64,000 bases of DNA from an uncultured Vicinamibacterales bacterium (lineage in GTDB: Bacteria > Acidobacteriota > Vicinamibacteria > Vicinamibacterales > JAKQTR01): the NCBI GenBank assembly GCA_964396055.1, contig CAYNDV010000004.1:9284-73283 (forward strand). Reading direction: 5' to 3'. This document shows, in pieces, positions 41,278-50,998 of this stretch; positions within the stretch are counted from its first letter, which is position 1; each line of letters starts with the position of its first letter. Position numbers and translations under genes: made by a program. The notes beneath the pieces are model-generated. The model was given only the letters and a program-made list of their open reading frames with translations. It did not search any database and was not told the DNA's origin.

Positions 41278-41793
41278 ATGGCCAAAGAGACTCCGGAGAC
41301 GCCGGCGCCCCTGCCCGGGAAGAACAAGTCGAGCAAGAAGGGCCTCATCATCGGCCTGGCCGTGGCGATGGTCGCCGCCGCCGCCGGCGGCGGGGCGGCG
41401 TACTGGAAATGGGGCATGGCCGCCGCCAGCGCGGCTGCGCCGGCCGCCCACGCGGCGCCGGTTCCCGCCGTCGTCGAGGAACCCGGCATGGTGCCGTTCG
41501 AGCCGTTCCTGGTCAACCTCGCCGATGAGGGCGGGCAGTCGTACCTGCGGGTGACGCTGAACCTGCTGGTGGCCAGCGAAGAAGAGGCGAAAACGCTCGA
41601 AGGCAAGCCCGTCGTGCGCACCATGATGCGCTCGGCCGTGCTCGAAGTGCTCTCGACCCAGACGGCCGCCCAGCTCGTCACGCCGGAAGGCAAGGCGGAA
41701 CTCAAGAAGGCGATTGCCGCCAAGATCGACTCCCTCAAGCTTCATGTCCGGGTGCACGATGTCCTCTTCTCCGACTTCGTCGTTCAGCAGTGA
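41278..41793 (+). CDS. fliL: Flagellar basal-body-associated protein FliL
   Basis: An N-terminal TM helix is followed by VPFEPFLVNLADEGGQSYLRVTLNLLVASEEEAKTLEGKPVVRTMMRSAVLEVLS...VHDVLFSDFVVQQ, the FliL family pattern. Confidence 0.88.
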   Translation: MAKETPETPAPLPGKNKSSKKGLIIGLAVAMVAAAAGGGAAYWKWGMAAASAAAPAAHAAPVPAVVEEPGMVPFEPFLVNLADEGGQSYLRVTLNLLVASEEEAKTLEGKPVVRTMMRSAVLEVLSTQTAAQLVTPEGKAELKKAIAAKIDSLKLHVRVHDVLFSDFVVQQ

Positions 41794-42142
41794 CGCCGCT
41801 GCCCAGCCCGGGTGCGTCCAGTCCCCGCAGGCGCCCAGGGCGAACCCGGGGACCCCGGCCGCGCCCGCTGCGGCCCCGGGCAACGAACCACTTTTCCCGG
41901 GCCTGATGGACGTCTCGCTGCCCGTGGCCGTCCGCCTCGGGTCCGGCGCCATCACCGTCGGCGACTGCCTCGCGCTGCGGCCGCACAGCATCGTCCGTCT
42001 GACGCAGAACGTCGGCACGGACCTCGACCTCGTGGTCAACGGCGAAACCGTGGCCCGGGGCGAGGTGGCGATCGTCGACGACAGCACGTCCATTCGCCTC
42101 ACCGACATCTCCGTGACGCCGGGCGACGGAGTGCCCGCATGA
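41759..42142 (+). CDS. FliN-like SpoA-domain protein (extra paralogue at the fliL-fliO junction)
   Basis: LMDVSLPVAVRLGSGAITVGDCLALRPHSIVRLTQNVGTDLDLVVNGETVARGEVAIVDDSTSIRLTDI has a SpoA/FliN C-domain layout. The start is ambiguous: ATG 41759 overlaps fliL by 35 nt, and the internal ATG near 41903 would give a SpoA-only protein. Confidence 0.65.
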   Translation: MSSSPTSSFSSDAAAQPGCVQSPQAPRANPGTPAAPAAAPGNEPLFPGLMDVSLPVAVRLGSGAITVGDCLALRPHSIVRLTQNVGTDLDLVVNGETVARGEVAIVDDSTSIRLTDISVTPGDGVPA

Positions 42143-42501
42143 TCGCGTGGGCCCTGCTGGCGCAGGAGTCGCCCCTGCCGTCCGCGGTGGATGGCACGGT
42201 GCTCCGGGCGTTTGCCGGCGTCGTTCTCGTCCTGGGGCTGGTGATCGGGCTGGCGATCCTGCTGCGCCGCGGCGTGCTCAGGCTGCCGGGGCAGCATGGG
42301 GCGCGGGTCCTGTCGGTGGAGACGGCGCTGTCGCTCGGCGATCGGCGGTCGGTCGTGATCGTCAACGCCGAGGGCCGGCGGTTCCTGCTGGGCCTCTCGA
42401 CGACGCAGGTGAACCTGCTCAGCGAACTCGGGCCCACGCGGGCGAACTTCGACCGGGCCCTCGACCGCGCCACCTCGTCGTCTCCGGTGGAGCCCGCATG
42501 A
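42139..42501 (+). CDS. fliO: Flagellar export-gate assembly protein FliO
   Basis: It has a single TM helix (LRAFAGVVLVLGLVIGLAILL) followed by LSVETALSLGDRRSVVIVNAEGRRFLLGLSTTQVNLLSEL. ATGA overlaps occur on both sides, and it lies upstream of fliP. Confidence 0.75.
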   Translation: MIAWALLAQESPLPSAVDGTVLRAFAGVVLVLGLVIGLAILLRRGVLRLPGQHGARVLSVETALSLGDRRSVVIVNAEGRRFLLGLSTTQVNLLSELGPTRANFDRALDRATSSSPVEPA

Positions 42502-43244
42502 CCCGCTCGCTCGTTCTGGCGGCCGTGCTGCTGGCGCTGACGGCGTCGCCGGTCCTGGCGCAGGCGGCTGCGCCGCAGCCGCCGACGCGCCTCGACGTGC
42601 GGGTGGACGGCCTCGGCAGCGTGTCGGCGCCGATGGAAGTGGCGGTCCTCCTCACGCTGCTCACCTTCCTGCCGGCCATCCTCGTGACGATGACCTCGTT
42701 TACGCGGATCGTGATCGTGTTCCACTTCCTGCGGCAGGCGCTGGGCACGCAGGAGGTGCCGTCGAACCAGATCCTGATCGGGCTGGCGCTGTTCCTGACG
42801 GCGTTCATCATGGCGCCGGTGGGCACGGCCATCAACGACGCGGCGGTGCAGCCGGCCATGGCCGGCACGCTGAGCGTCTCCGATGCCATCTCGAAGGCCG
42901 TGCCGCCCCTGCGCGACTTCATGCTGAAGCAGACGCGCGAGACGGATCTGGCGCTCTTCGTGGAACTCAGCAAGGCGCCCCGCCCGAAGAGCCCGTCGGA
43001 TCTGCCGATGCGGGTGGTCATCCCGGCCTACATCACCTCGGAAGTGAAGACGGGCTTCCAGATGGGGTTCTTCGTGTTCGTGCCGTTCCTGCTCATCGAC
43101 CTGGTCGTCTCGACCACCCTGTTGTCGATGGGCATGATGCAGTTGCCGCCGGCGATGATCTCGCTGCCGTTCAAGCTGCTGCTCTTCGTCACCGTCGACG
43201 GCTGGTCCCTGGTGGTCAGCTCGCTCGTGCGGAGCTTCGCGTAG
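42498..43244 (+). CDS. fliP: Flagellar export-gate protein FliP
   Basis: Signal peptide, then TLLTFLPAILVTMTSFTRIVIVFHFLRQALGTQEVPSNQILIGLALFLTAFIMAP...GFQMGFFVFVPFLLIDLVVSTTLLSMGMMQLPP. Confidence 0.93.
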   Translation: MTRSLVLAAVLLALTASPVLAQAAAPQPPTRLDVRVDGLGSVSAPMEVAVLLTLLTFLPAILVTMTSFTRIVIVFHFLRQALGTQEVPSNQILIGLALFLTAFIMAPVGTAINDAAVQPAMAGTLSVSDAISKAVPPLRDFMLKQTRETDLALFVELSKAPRPKSPSDLPMRVVIPAYITSEVKTGFQMGFFVFVPFLLIDLVVSTTLLSMGMMQLPPAMISLPFKLLLFVTVDGWSLVVSSLVRSFA

Positions 43245-43253
43245 GAGACGCCC

Positions 43254-43523
43254 GTGCCCGAGGCCCTGATTGTCGGCATCACGCGCCAAGCCATCGAGGT
43301 GGCGCTGATCGTATCGCTGCCCATGCTGCTGGCGGGCCTGGTGGCGGGCGTCCTGGTCAGCCTGCTGCAGACGGTGACGTCGATCCACGACAGCGTCCTG
43401 GCGTTCATCCCGCGGGCGCTGGCCATCTTCGCGGTGTTCGCCCTGACGTTCCCCTGGATGCTCCGCGTCATCGCGGCCTTCTCGCGGCAGCTGCTGATGC
43501 GGCTGCCGGAGTTCGTGCGATGA
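43254..43523 (+). CDS. fliQ: Flagellar export-gate protein FliQ
   Basis: 89 aa: LIVSLPMLLAGLVAGVLVSLLQTVTSIHDSVLAFIPRALAIF. GTG start. Confidence 0.9.
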   Translation: MPEALIVGITRQAIEVALIVSLPMLLAGLVAGVLVSLLQTVTSIHDSVLAFIPRALAIFAVFALTFPWMLRVIAAFSRQLLMRLPEFVR

Positions 43524-44278
43524 ACGATCCGCTGCCGCTCGTGGCGCTCGGGATTCTCCTGGTGCGCCCCGGCATGCTGATCCTCGCGACGCCGATCTTC
43601 GGCGGCACCTTCGTGCCGCCGCACGTACGCCTGGCCCTGACCGTTGTGCTCGCCGTGATCCTGCTGCCGGCCGTGCCGGTGCCGCAGCCCGCGTCGGCGA
43701 TCGGGCTCGCGCTCGTCGTGGCCGGCGAGGCGGCTGTGGGCCTGGCGCTGTCGATGTCGATTCGGGCGCTGGTGGCCGGCGCGGAGCTGGCGGGCCAGGT
43801 GGCCGGGTTCCAGATCGGCGTGTCCTACGCGGCCCTGGTCGATCCCCTGACCGGCGCCCGCAACAACGTGCTGTCGCTCCTCTACGGGTCGCTCGCGATG
43901 GTGGCGTTCCTCGGGGTCAACGGCCACCACGCCCTGCTGCGAGCCCTGGTGGCGTCCTACGACGCGCTGCCGCCCGGCAACTGGCCCGTCGTCGCCGGCA
44001 TGGGGGCCGGGGTGGGGCGCCTGCTGGGCCTGGTCTTCACCCTGGGCACGCAGCTGGCGATGCCCATCATCGTCGTCCTGCTGCTCGTCGAGGTGGTGCT
44101 GGGGCTCGTGTCGCGCGTCGCCCCGGCCCTGAACCTGATGGTGGTCGGCTTCCCCCTGCGGGTCGGGGTCGGCCTGCTGGTGCTGGCGACGGGCATCCAG
44201 GTGGTGCCCGGCGCGATCGCGCGGTACGCGCCGGCGGCCCTCGAGGCGGCCGTGCGGCTGGCCTGGGCGCCGCGGTGA
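43520..44278 (+). CDS. fliR: Flagellar export-gate protein FliR
   Basis: A polytopic membrane protein of 252 aa positioned between fliQ and flhB. GAELAGQVAGFQIGVSYAALVDP is the FliR motif. Confidence 0.9.
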   Translation: MNDPLPLVALGILLVRPGMLILATPIFGGTFVPPHVRLALTVVLAVILLPAVPVPQPASAIGLALVVAGEAAVGLALSMSIRALVAGAELAGQVAGFQIGVSYAALVDPLTGARNNVLSLLYGSLAMVAFLGVNGHHALLRALVASYDALPPGNWPVVAGMGAGVGRLLGLVFTLGTQLAMPIIVVLLLVEVVLGLVSRVAPALNLMVVGFPLRVGVGLLVLATGIQVVPGAIARYAPAALEAAVRLAWAPR

Positions 44279-44288
44279 GGGAGCGGGC

Positions 44289-45353
44289 ATGAGCACGGAC
44301 CGCACCGAGAAACCCACCGCGAAACGCCTGCGGGACGCCCGGGAAAAGGGGCAGCTCCCGCGGAGCCGCGATCTGGGCCAGGCCGGCGCGCTGCTCGCGT
44401 GCGTCATCACGCTGGCGTGGATGGGCGATCGGATGGCGGCCATCCTCACGACCGCAATCAAATCGTCGCTCGAGCGGATGGGCGACAACCCGCTGGCCGG
44501 CGTGAGCGCGGGCGAGGTGACCTCCCTGGCCGTGTCGAACTCCTTCGCGCTGGCCGCCATTGTCGGCCCCGTTGCCGCCGCCTCCATCCTGGCGGTGCTG
44601 GCGCTGCAGACGGCGCAGGGCGGGTTCGTGTTCGCCAGCGAGGCCCTGACTTTCGATTTCACCAAGCTGAGTCCCGTCCAGGGGTTCAAGCGCCTCGGGT
44701 TCTCGCAGAGCGGCGTCGAGCTGATCAAGGCCATGGTGGCGGCCACGGTGATCGGCGTCCTGGGCTGGCAGGCCGTGCGCGCCATGCTCGACCAGAGCCT
44801 CGGATTCGCGCGGGTGAATGCCGTGCCGGCCGCCTCCGTGGGCTGGGACGGCCTGCTGTCGCTCCTGCGCAAGGCGGCCATCGCGATGTTCGTCCTGGCG
44901 GCCGCCGACTACGGCGTGCAGCGCTGGCGGTTCATGAAGCAGCAGCGCATGACCAAGCAGGAAGTGCGCGACGAGTTCCGCCTGCAGGAAGGCAATCCGG
45001 AAGTGAAGGGGCGCGTGCGCCGCATCCAGCGCGACCTGGTGCGCCGGCGGATGCTGGCCGCGGTGCCGTCGGCGACGGTGGTCATCACCAACCCGACCCA
45101 CTTCGCCGTGGCGCTCGAATACAACCGCGCCGTGCTGCCCGCGCCGCGGGTGGTGGCCAAGGGCCAGTCCTACATGGCCCTGCGCATCCGCGAGATCGCC
45201 CGCCAGCACGGGGTTCCCATCGTCGAGAACCCGCCCCTGGCCCGCGCGCTCTACAAGGGCGCCGAAGTGGGCGACGTGATTCCGGGCCCGTTGTTCGAGG
45301 CGGTCGCCGAGGTGCTCGCGTACCTGATCCGGCTCCGCCAGTTGGTGCTGTGA
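44289..45353 (+). CDS. flhB: Flagellar export switch protein FlhB
   Basis: MSTDRTEKPTAKRLRDAREKGQLPRS is followed by VVITNPTHFAVAL, the NPTH autocleavage site. Confidence 0.95.
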   Translation: MSTDRTEKPTAKRLRDAREKGQLPRSRDLGQAGALLACVITLAWMGDRMAAILTTAIKSSLERMGDNPLAGVSAGEVTSLAVSNSFALAAIVGPVAAASILAVLALQTAQGGFVFASEALTFDFTKLSPVQGFKRLGFSQSGVELIKAMVAATVIGVLGWQAVRAMLDQSLGFARVNAVPAASVGWDGLLSLLRKAAIAMFVLAAADYGVQRWRFMKQQRMTKQEVRDEFRLQEGNPEVKGRVRRIQRDLVRRRMLAAVPSATVVITNPTHFAVALEYNRAVLPAPRVVAKGQSYMALRIREIARQHGVPIVENPPLARALYKGAEVGDVIPGPLFEAVAEVLAYLIRLRQLVL

Positions 45354-45369
45354 CGCCGCGCTGGAGAGG

Positions 45370-47424
45370 ATGAAGATGTCGGCACAACCCACCATCGCCC
45401 TGCAGGCCCAGCGGGCCGCGAAACTGGTCGGCCCGGGCGCCGTCGTGGCCGCGGTCGGCCTGATGATCGTCCCGCTGCCGCCCTTCATGCTCGACGTGCT
45501 GCTGTCGGCCGACATCGGCCTGGCCGTCGTCCTGCTGCTGACCGCCGTCTACATCCGCAAGCCCATCGAGTTCTCGGCGTTCCCGTCAATCCTGCTGCTG
45601 CTTACGCTGCTGCGCCTGTCGCTCAACGTGGCCGGCACCCGGCTCATCCTGCTGCACGGCCACGAGGGCGTGGACGCCGCAGGCCACGTCATCATGGCCT
45701 TCGGCCAGTTCGTGGTGGGCGCGAACTTCGTGGTCGGCATCGTCGTCTTCCTCGTGCTGATCGCCATCCAGTTCGTGGTCATCAACCACGGCGCGGTCCG
45801 CATCTCGGAAGTCACCGCCCGCTTCACCCTCGACGCCCTGCCCGGCCGCCAGATGGCCATCGACGCCGACCTGAACGCCGGCATCATCGACGACCGCGAG
45901 GCGAAGGCCCGGCGCGACCAGGTGCGGCGGGAGGCCGACTTCTACGGCGCGATGGACGGCGCCATCCGCTTCACCCAGCGCGACGCGGTGGCCGCCATCC
46001 TCATCACGGGCATCAACATCGTCGCGGGCCTGCTCATCGGCGTGCTGCAGCAGGGCATGGACATCGGCGCCGCGGCCGAGACCTTTACCATCCTGACCGT
46101 CGGCGAGGGCCTCGTCACGGCCGTGCCGGCCCTGCTCGTGTCGATGGCCGGCGCCCTGGTGACGACCCGGGCCACCACCGAGTCGGACCTCGGCGAAGAA
46201 GTGGCGAGCCAGCTGCTGACCGGGGTCCGGCCCATGGCCGTCGGCGCCGGCGTGCTGGTGGCCCTGGCGCTCATCCCGGGCCTGCCGAAGATGGCCTTCT
46301 TCATGGTCGCGGGCCTGATGGGGACGGCCGCCTACCTCAACCGGCAGCTGGCGAAGGCCGAGCCCGAGAAGGCCGAGGAAACGGCGGCGCCGCCCAGCGA
46401 CTCGCTCGACGCGGCGGTGACCGTCGACCCGATTGCCGTCGAGATCGGGTACGCGCTCGTGTCGCTCGTGGACGAGCAGCAGGGCGGGACGCTGCTGTCC
46501 AGGGTGCGCGGCATCCGGCGCCAGATTGCCACCGACACCGGCGTGGTCGTGCCGCCGGTGCACGTGGCCGACAACCTCCAGCTGGCGCCGCGCGGCTACG
46601 CCATCCTCATCAAGGGCGTGGAAGTGGCCAAGGCCGAGCTCTATCCGGATCGGATGCTCGCCATCAACCCGGGCACCGCGACGCTGCCGCTCGACGGCAT
46701 CCAGACGCGGGAGCCGGCGTTCGGGCTGCCGGCCTGGTGGATCCAGAGCGAACACCGCGACCGGGCTTCAGCGGCCGGGTACACCGTCGTGGACGCCACG
46801 ACGGCCCTGTCCACGCACGTGTCCGAGACCGTCCGCGCCTTCCTGCCGGACCTCCTCGGCCGCCAGCAGGTGAAGGACATGGTGGACCGGCTGGCCCAGA
46901 CGGCCCCGAAGCTGGTCGAAGACGTGGTGCCGAAGGTGCTGTCGCTCGGCGACGTGCAGCGCGTGCTGCGGCAGCTGCTGCGCGAGCGGGTGCCCGTCAA
47001 GGACCTGGCGACCATCATCGAAACCATGGCCGACGCCGCGGCGCTCTCCAAGGACACCGACCTGCTGACCGAAGGCGTCCGGCAGGCCCTGGGACGGGCG
47101 ATCTGCCGCCAGTACCAGAACGAACGCGGCGAGCTGCCCACCATCAACCTCGCCCCGTCCCTGGAAGAGCGGCTGCTGGGGTCGCTGGTCCGCACCGAGC
47201 AGGGGCCGGTCCTGGCGCTGGACCCGCGGGAGGCCCAGAACCTGGCGGCCAAAATCGGCCGGGCCTTCGAAACCGCGATGGCACAACCCGTGCTTCTGTG
47301 CTCGGCGGGGTTGCGTCCGCACCTCTGGCGGTTGTTCTCGCGGGTGCTGCCTCATGTCGGGGTGCTGTCGCATCCCGAGGTTCCCACTCACGTGAAGGTG
47401 GCGCCTGTCGCCGTGCTCGACTGA
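45370..47424 (+). CDS. flhA: Flagellar export-gate protein FlhA
   Basis: FPSILLLLTLLRLSLNVAGTRLILLHG...VVINHGAVRISEVTARFTLDALPGRQMAIDADLNAGIIDDREA contains the FHIPEP motifs. 684 aa. Confidence 0.95.
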   Translation: MKMSAQPTIALQAQRAAKLVGPGAVVAAVGLMIVPLPPFMLDVLLSADIGLAVVLLLTAVYIRKPIEFSAFPSILLLLTLLRLSLNVAGTRLILLHGHEGVDAAGHVIMAFGQFVVGANFVVGIVVFLVLIAIQFVVINHGAVRISEVTARFTLDALPGRQMAIDADLNAGIIDDREAKARRDQVRREADFYGAMDGAIRFTQRDAVAAILITGINIVAGLLIGVLQQGMDIGAAAETFTILTVGEGLVTAVPALLVSMAGALVTTRATTESDLGEEVASQLLTGVRPMAVGAGVLVALALIPGLPKMAFFMVAGLMGTAAYLNRQLAKAEPEKAEETAAPPSDSLDAAVTVDPIAVEIGYALVSLVDEQQGGTLLSRVRGIRRQIATDTGVVVPPVHVADNLQLAPRGYAILIKGVEVAKAELYPDRMLAINPGTATLPLDGIQTREPAFGLPAWWIQSEHRDRASAAGYTVVDATTALSTHVSETVRAFLPDLLGRQQVKDMVDRLAQTAPKLVEDVVPKVLSLGDVQRVLRQLLRERVPVKDLATIIETMADAAALSKDTDLLTEGVRQALGRAICRQYQNERGELPTINLAPSLEERLLGSLVRTEQGPVLALDPREAQNLAAKIGRAFETAMAQPVLLCSAGLRPHLWRLFSRVLPHVGVLSHPEVPTHVKVAPVAVLD

Positions 47425-47425
47425 T

Positions 47426-48427
47426 ATGTATCTGAGGACCTACCGCGGATCTTCCGTCAGGGACCTGCTGGCGCAGGCCAAAATCGAGCTCGGGCCCGAC
47501 GCCCTGGTGCTGTCGACCCGGATGGTCTCGGCCGGCGGCCTGCGTGGCCTGCTGGGCGGCCGGGCCATCGAACTGGTGGCCGCCACGGAGCGGCAGGTGT
47601 CGAAAAACCGGACGGCCGAGCCTTCCCGCCGTCACGTGCCGGCTCCGATTCCGGCCCCCGAAAACGAAATCGCCGCCCGCCTGTGTGCGACCGGGCTCGA
47701 CCGGAGCCTGGCCCTGGAAGTGGCCGCCGCAGTCCCGACCGGCCGCCGCAGAGCCGCGTCGGCCACCGCCATCCGTCAGGTGCTGGCCGAGCGGCTGACC
47801 CCTCTGGCGACGGGCGGAGAGGACTACCGGCCCATCGAAGTGTTTGTCGGCCCCCCGGGCGTAGGTAAGACCACGACGATTGCCAAGATCGCCTCGCAGG
47901 AACGGGCGAAACACGGTCGCCGGCTGACGCTGGTGTCGGCTGACGGCTACCGCGTGGGCGCGGTCGAACAGCTGCGCCTCTATGCGGACATCGTCGGGTC
48001 GCCGTTCAAGGTCGCGCGCAACGCCGCCGAGCTCGACAAGGTCCTGACCGAGACCCGCGGGCCGGTGCTCGTGGACACCGCCGGCCGCACGCCCCGTGAC
48101 GGGGTGGCGCAGGACCTGTTCACCGTGCTGCGCGGCCGCCGGGACGTGCGCACGCACCTCGTGTTGTCGGCGGCCCTCGGGGCGGCCGACATGGATCGGA
48201 CCATCGACCAGTACCGGTGCGCGGAGCCGCACCGCATCGCCTTTTCCCGCCTCGATGAAGCCGAGACGCTCTCGCCGCTGGTCGGCCTGCTGCGTTCTCA
48301 GCAGTTGCCCGTGTCGTATCTGGGAACCGGCCAGCGCGTGCCGGAGGACCTGGACCGGGCCACCGGGGCCCTGCTCGCCGCGCTGGCGCTCGGCGAGTCC
48401 CCCTGCCTGGCAGCGAGGCCCGCATGA
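47426..48427 (+). CDS. flhF: SRP-type GTPase FlhF (short N-terminal domain)
   Basis: VFVGPPGVGKTTTIAKIA is the P-loop. LVSADGYRVGAVEQLRLYADI and LVDTAGRTPRD are also present. Position is flhA-flhF-flhG. Confidence 0.88.
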   Translation: MYLRTYRGSSVRDLLAQAKIELGPDALVLSTRMVSAGGLRGLLGGRAIELVAATERQVSKNRTAEPSRRHVPAPIPAPENEIAARLCATGLDRSLALEVAAAVPTGRRRAASATAIRQVLAERLTPLATGGEDYRPIEVFVGPPGVGKTTTIAKIASQERAKHGRRLTLVSADGYRVGAVEQLRLYADIVGSPFKVARNAAELDKVLTETRGPVLVDTAGRTPRDGVAQDLFTVLRGRRDVRTHLVLSAALGAADMDRTIDQYRCAEPHRIAFSRLDEAETLSPLVGLLRSQQLPVSYLGTGQRVPEDLDRATGALLAALALGESPCLAARPA

Positions 48428-49272
48428 GCGAGACCGCCACCCAGCCGCGTCGTCCCATCACCATTGCCGTCACGTCCGGCAAGGGCGGCGTCGGCAAGAC
48501 CAACGTCGTGGTCAACCTGGCCGTGTCACTGGCGCGCCTGCACCACCGCGTCGTCGTGCTCGACGCGGACTTCGGGCTCGGCAACGTCGACGTGCTGCTG
48601 GGGCTGGCGCCCCAGTACCACATCGGCCACGTCCTGACGGGCGAGCGCTCGCTGCAGGACGTCATGGTGCCCGGCCCCCTCGGCATCCAGATCATTCCGG
48701 CGAGCTCGGGCCTGCGCGAACTCGCGGCCCTGACCGGCCGCCAGCGGCGCCGGCTGTCGGAGGCCGTGGAGCAGCTCTGCGGGGGGTTCGACTTCCTGCT
48801 GGTCGACACCGCGGCGGGCATTTCCGACAACGTCATCGAAATGGTGCGCGGGTCGCACCTGGCGCTGGTGGTGACGTCGGTGGATCCGACGGCGGTCGTG
48901 GACGCCTACGCGATGGTCAAGCTGCTGACGCGCAGCGACGCGCGCCTCGAGCTCGGGGTGCTGGTCAACGACGCGCGCGACAGCGACGATGCGCAGCTGG
49001 TCCACACGCAGCTCGAGATTGCCGCCACGCGGTTCCTTCAGCGGCGGATCGCCTACTACGGCCACATCGCCCACGATCCGGCGCTGCGCGACGCGGTGCT
49101 GGTGCAGCGGCCCGTGGTGGACCACGAGCCGCAGGCGCCGTCGAGCCGCTGCTTCCGGTCCCTCGCCTGCCGGTTGTCGAGCATGAGCCAGGGCGGGCCC
49201 GGCCTGCGCGTCGTGTCCCCGCGCGTGGCGGCGTGTCCGCCCGCCCAGACGGAGGTGCTGCAGTGCGCATGA
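48424..49272 (+). CDS. flhG: MinD/ParA-type ATPase FlhG (FleN/YlxH)
   Basis: ITIAVTSGKGGVGKTNVVVNLAVSLA carries the deviant Walker A motif. It lies downstream of flhF and upstream of fliA. Confidence 0.88.
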   Translation: MSETATQPRRPITIAVTSGKGGVGKTNVVVNLAVSLARLHHRVVVLDADFGLGNVDVLLGLAPQYHIGHVLTGERSLQDVMVPGPLGIQIIPASSGLRELAALTGRQRRRLSEAVEQLCGGFDFLLVDTAAGISDNVIEMVRGSHLALVVTSVDPTAVVDAYAMVKLLTRSDARLELGVLVNDARDSDDAQLVHTQLEIAATRFLQRRIAYYGHIAHDPALRDAVLVQRPVVDHEPQAPSSRCFRSLACRLSSMSQGGPGLRVVSPRVAACPPAQTEVLQCA

Positions 49273-50006
49273 CCACTCCCGACGAGAACCTGCCCGAACG
49301 GGATCGGCTCGTCGTGTCGCACGTCGGGCTCGTCAAGGCGATGGCCCAGCGGCTGGCGCGGCGGCTGCCCGCCCAGGTGGAAGTGGCCGACCTCGTGAGC
49401 ATCGGCGTGCTGGGCCTGGTGGAGGCGGCCGGCCGGTACCAGCCGGCGACCGGCGTGCCCTTCGATGCCTTCGCCCGCCGCCGGGTGCACGGCGCGATGC
49501 TGGACGCCCTGCGCGACCTGGACTGGGCCCCGCGGTCGCTGCGCAAGCTGCGCCGCCACGTCGACAGCACGATCGCGCAGCTGCGGTCGCAGGTGGGGCG
49601 CGAGCCGACGGAAGCCGAGATCTCCACGGCGCTGGGCATGAACGCCGAGCAGTACGCGGCGGCGCTGGAACAGCTGCGCACGCTGGAGGTGGCCATGATC
49701 CGGCCCCTCGAGGACACGACCTCGGACCGCCAGCCGCTGCTCGACGTCTGCATCGACCCCGACGAGGGACCGGACCTGCGTCTCGAGCGCCGCGAGCTGC
49801 GCCAGTTGCTGGCGGCGGCCATCACCGAGCTGCCCGAACGTGAACGCCAGGTGCTGGCCCTCTACTACGAAGAAGAAATGACGATGGCCGAAATCGGCGA
49901 GGTGCTTGGCGTGTGCGAGTCGCGCGTGTCGCAGCTGCGCTCGCTGGCCATCTCGCGCCTGCGCTCGGCGCTCCGGCCGCCGAAGGCCCTCGCGAAGGCA
50001 AGCTGA
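49269..50006 (+). CDS. fliA: Flagellar sigma factor FliA (sigma28)
   Basis: Trimmed to MTTPDENLPERDR (ATG 49269, ATGA overlap). Region 2 is DLVSIGVLGLVEAAGRYQPATGVPFDAFARRRVHGAMLD. Region 4 is ERERQVLALYYEEEMTMAEIGEVLGVCESRVSQLRSLAISRLR. Confidence 0.92.
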   Translation: MTTPDENLPERDRLVVSHVGLVKAMAQRLARRLPAQVEVADLVSIGVLGLVEAAGRYQPATGVPFDAFARRRVHGAMLDALRDLDWAPRSLRKLRRHVDSTIAQLRSQVGREPTEAEISTALGMNAEQYAAALEQLRTLEVAMIRPLEDTTSDRQPLLDVCIDPDEGPDLRLERRELRQLLAAAITELPERERQVLALYYEEEMTMAEIGEVLGVCESRVSQLRSLAISRLRSALRPPKALAKAS

Positions 50007-50998
50007 TGGGCAAGATCCTCACCCAGGAAGAAATCGACCTGCTGCTGGGATCGGCCAGCGAGCTCCGCAAGGAGTCGCCGACGTCGATGCCGTCGGTGAA
50101 CTCCGTCACCTACGACTTCCGGCGCCCCGACCGGGTGTCGAAGGAGCAGCTGCGAGCCCTGCACCTGCTCCACGACCGCTTCGCCCGCAACGTATCGGCC
50201 TCGCTGTCCGCGTACCTGCGCACGGTCACCGACGTGTCGATCGTGTCGGTCGAGCAGTTGACCTACGCCGAATTCCTGATGTCGCTGCCGGACCCGACGG
50301 CCTTCTACGCCCTCACGCTGTCGCCGATGGACGGCGTCGGTGCCCTGGAGCTGAACCCCACGCTGGCCTTCACGATGATCGACCGGATCCTCGGCGGCAG
50401 CGGCAAGGGCGTGCAGCTGAACCGTGCGCTGACGGAGATCGAGCAGAACGTCGTCGATGGCATCATCAAGCTCGTCCTCGAGAACCTCGGCGAGGCGTGG
50501 AAGTCCATCCACGAAGTGCAGTTCCGCATCACCGGCCGCGAGACCCGCCCGCAGATGCTGCAGGTGGCCGCGCCCAACGAAACGGTGCTGCTCCTGGTCT
50601 TCGACATCCGCCTCGGCGAGGCGCGCGGCATGCTCAACTTCTGCCTGCCGGCGGCCACCATCGAGGCCTTCGGCGACCTCTTCACCCAGGGCTGGTACCG
50701 CTCGCGCCGCGAGCCGTCGGCCGCCCAGCGCGAGGCCCTCTTCCGGTCCCTCGGGCGCGTGCCGCTGCCCGTGACGGCGTTCCTCGAGACGTCGATGACC
50801 GCGCGCGAGGTCGTCCAGCTGACCCCGGGCGACGTGATCTCGCTCGGGCGGCAGATTACACACCCGGTGAAGGTCCGGGTGGGCGCCACCACGAAGTACG
50901 CGGGCCGCCTCGTCCGGCACGGCGGCCGCATGGCCATCGCCGTGAGCGACGCGCCCGGCCGGCCGGGCGCCCAGACGCAGACAGGGAGCGCAGCGTGA
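50006..50998 (+). CDS. fliM: Flagellar motor switch protein FliM
   Basis: MGKILTQEEIDLLLG is the CheY-P binding LSQxEIDALL-type N-terminus. YDFRRPDRVSKEQLRALHLLHDRFARN follows, and the C-terminus is SpoA-like. Confidence 0.93.
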   Translation: MGKILTQEEIDLLLGSASELRKESPTSMPSVNSVTYDFRRPDRVSKEQLRALHLLHDRFARNVSASLSAYLRTVTDVSIVSVEQLTYAEFLMSLPDPTAFYALTLSPMDGVGALELNPTLAFTMIDRILGGSGKGVQLNRALTEIEQNVVDGIIKLVLENLGEAWKSIHEVQFRITGRETRPQMLQVAAPNETVLLLVFDIRLGEARGMLNFCLPAATIEAFGDLFTQGWYRSRREPSAAQREALFRSLGRVPLPVTAFLETSMTAREVVQLTPGDVISLGRQITHPVKVRVGATTKYAGRLVRHGGRMAIAVSDAPGRPGAQTQTGSAA

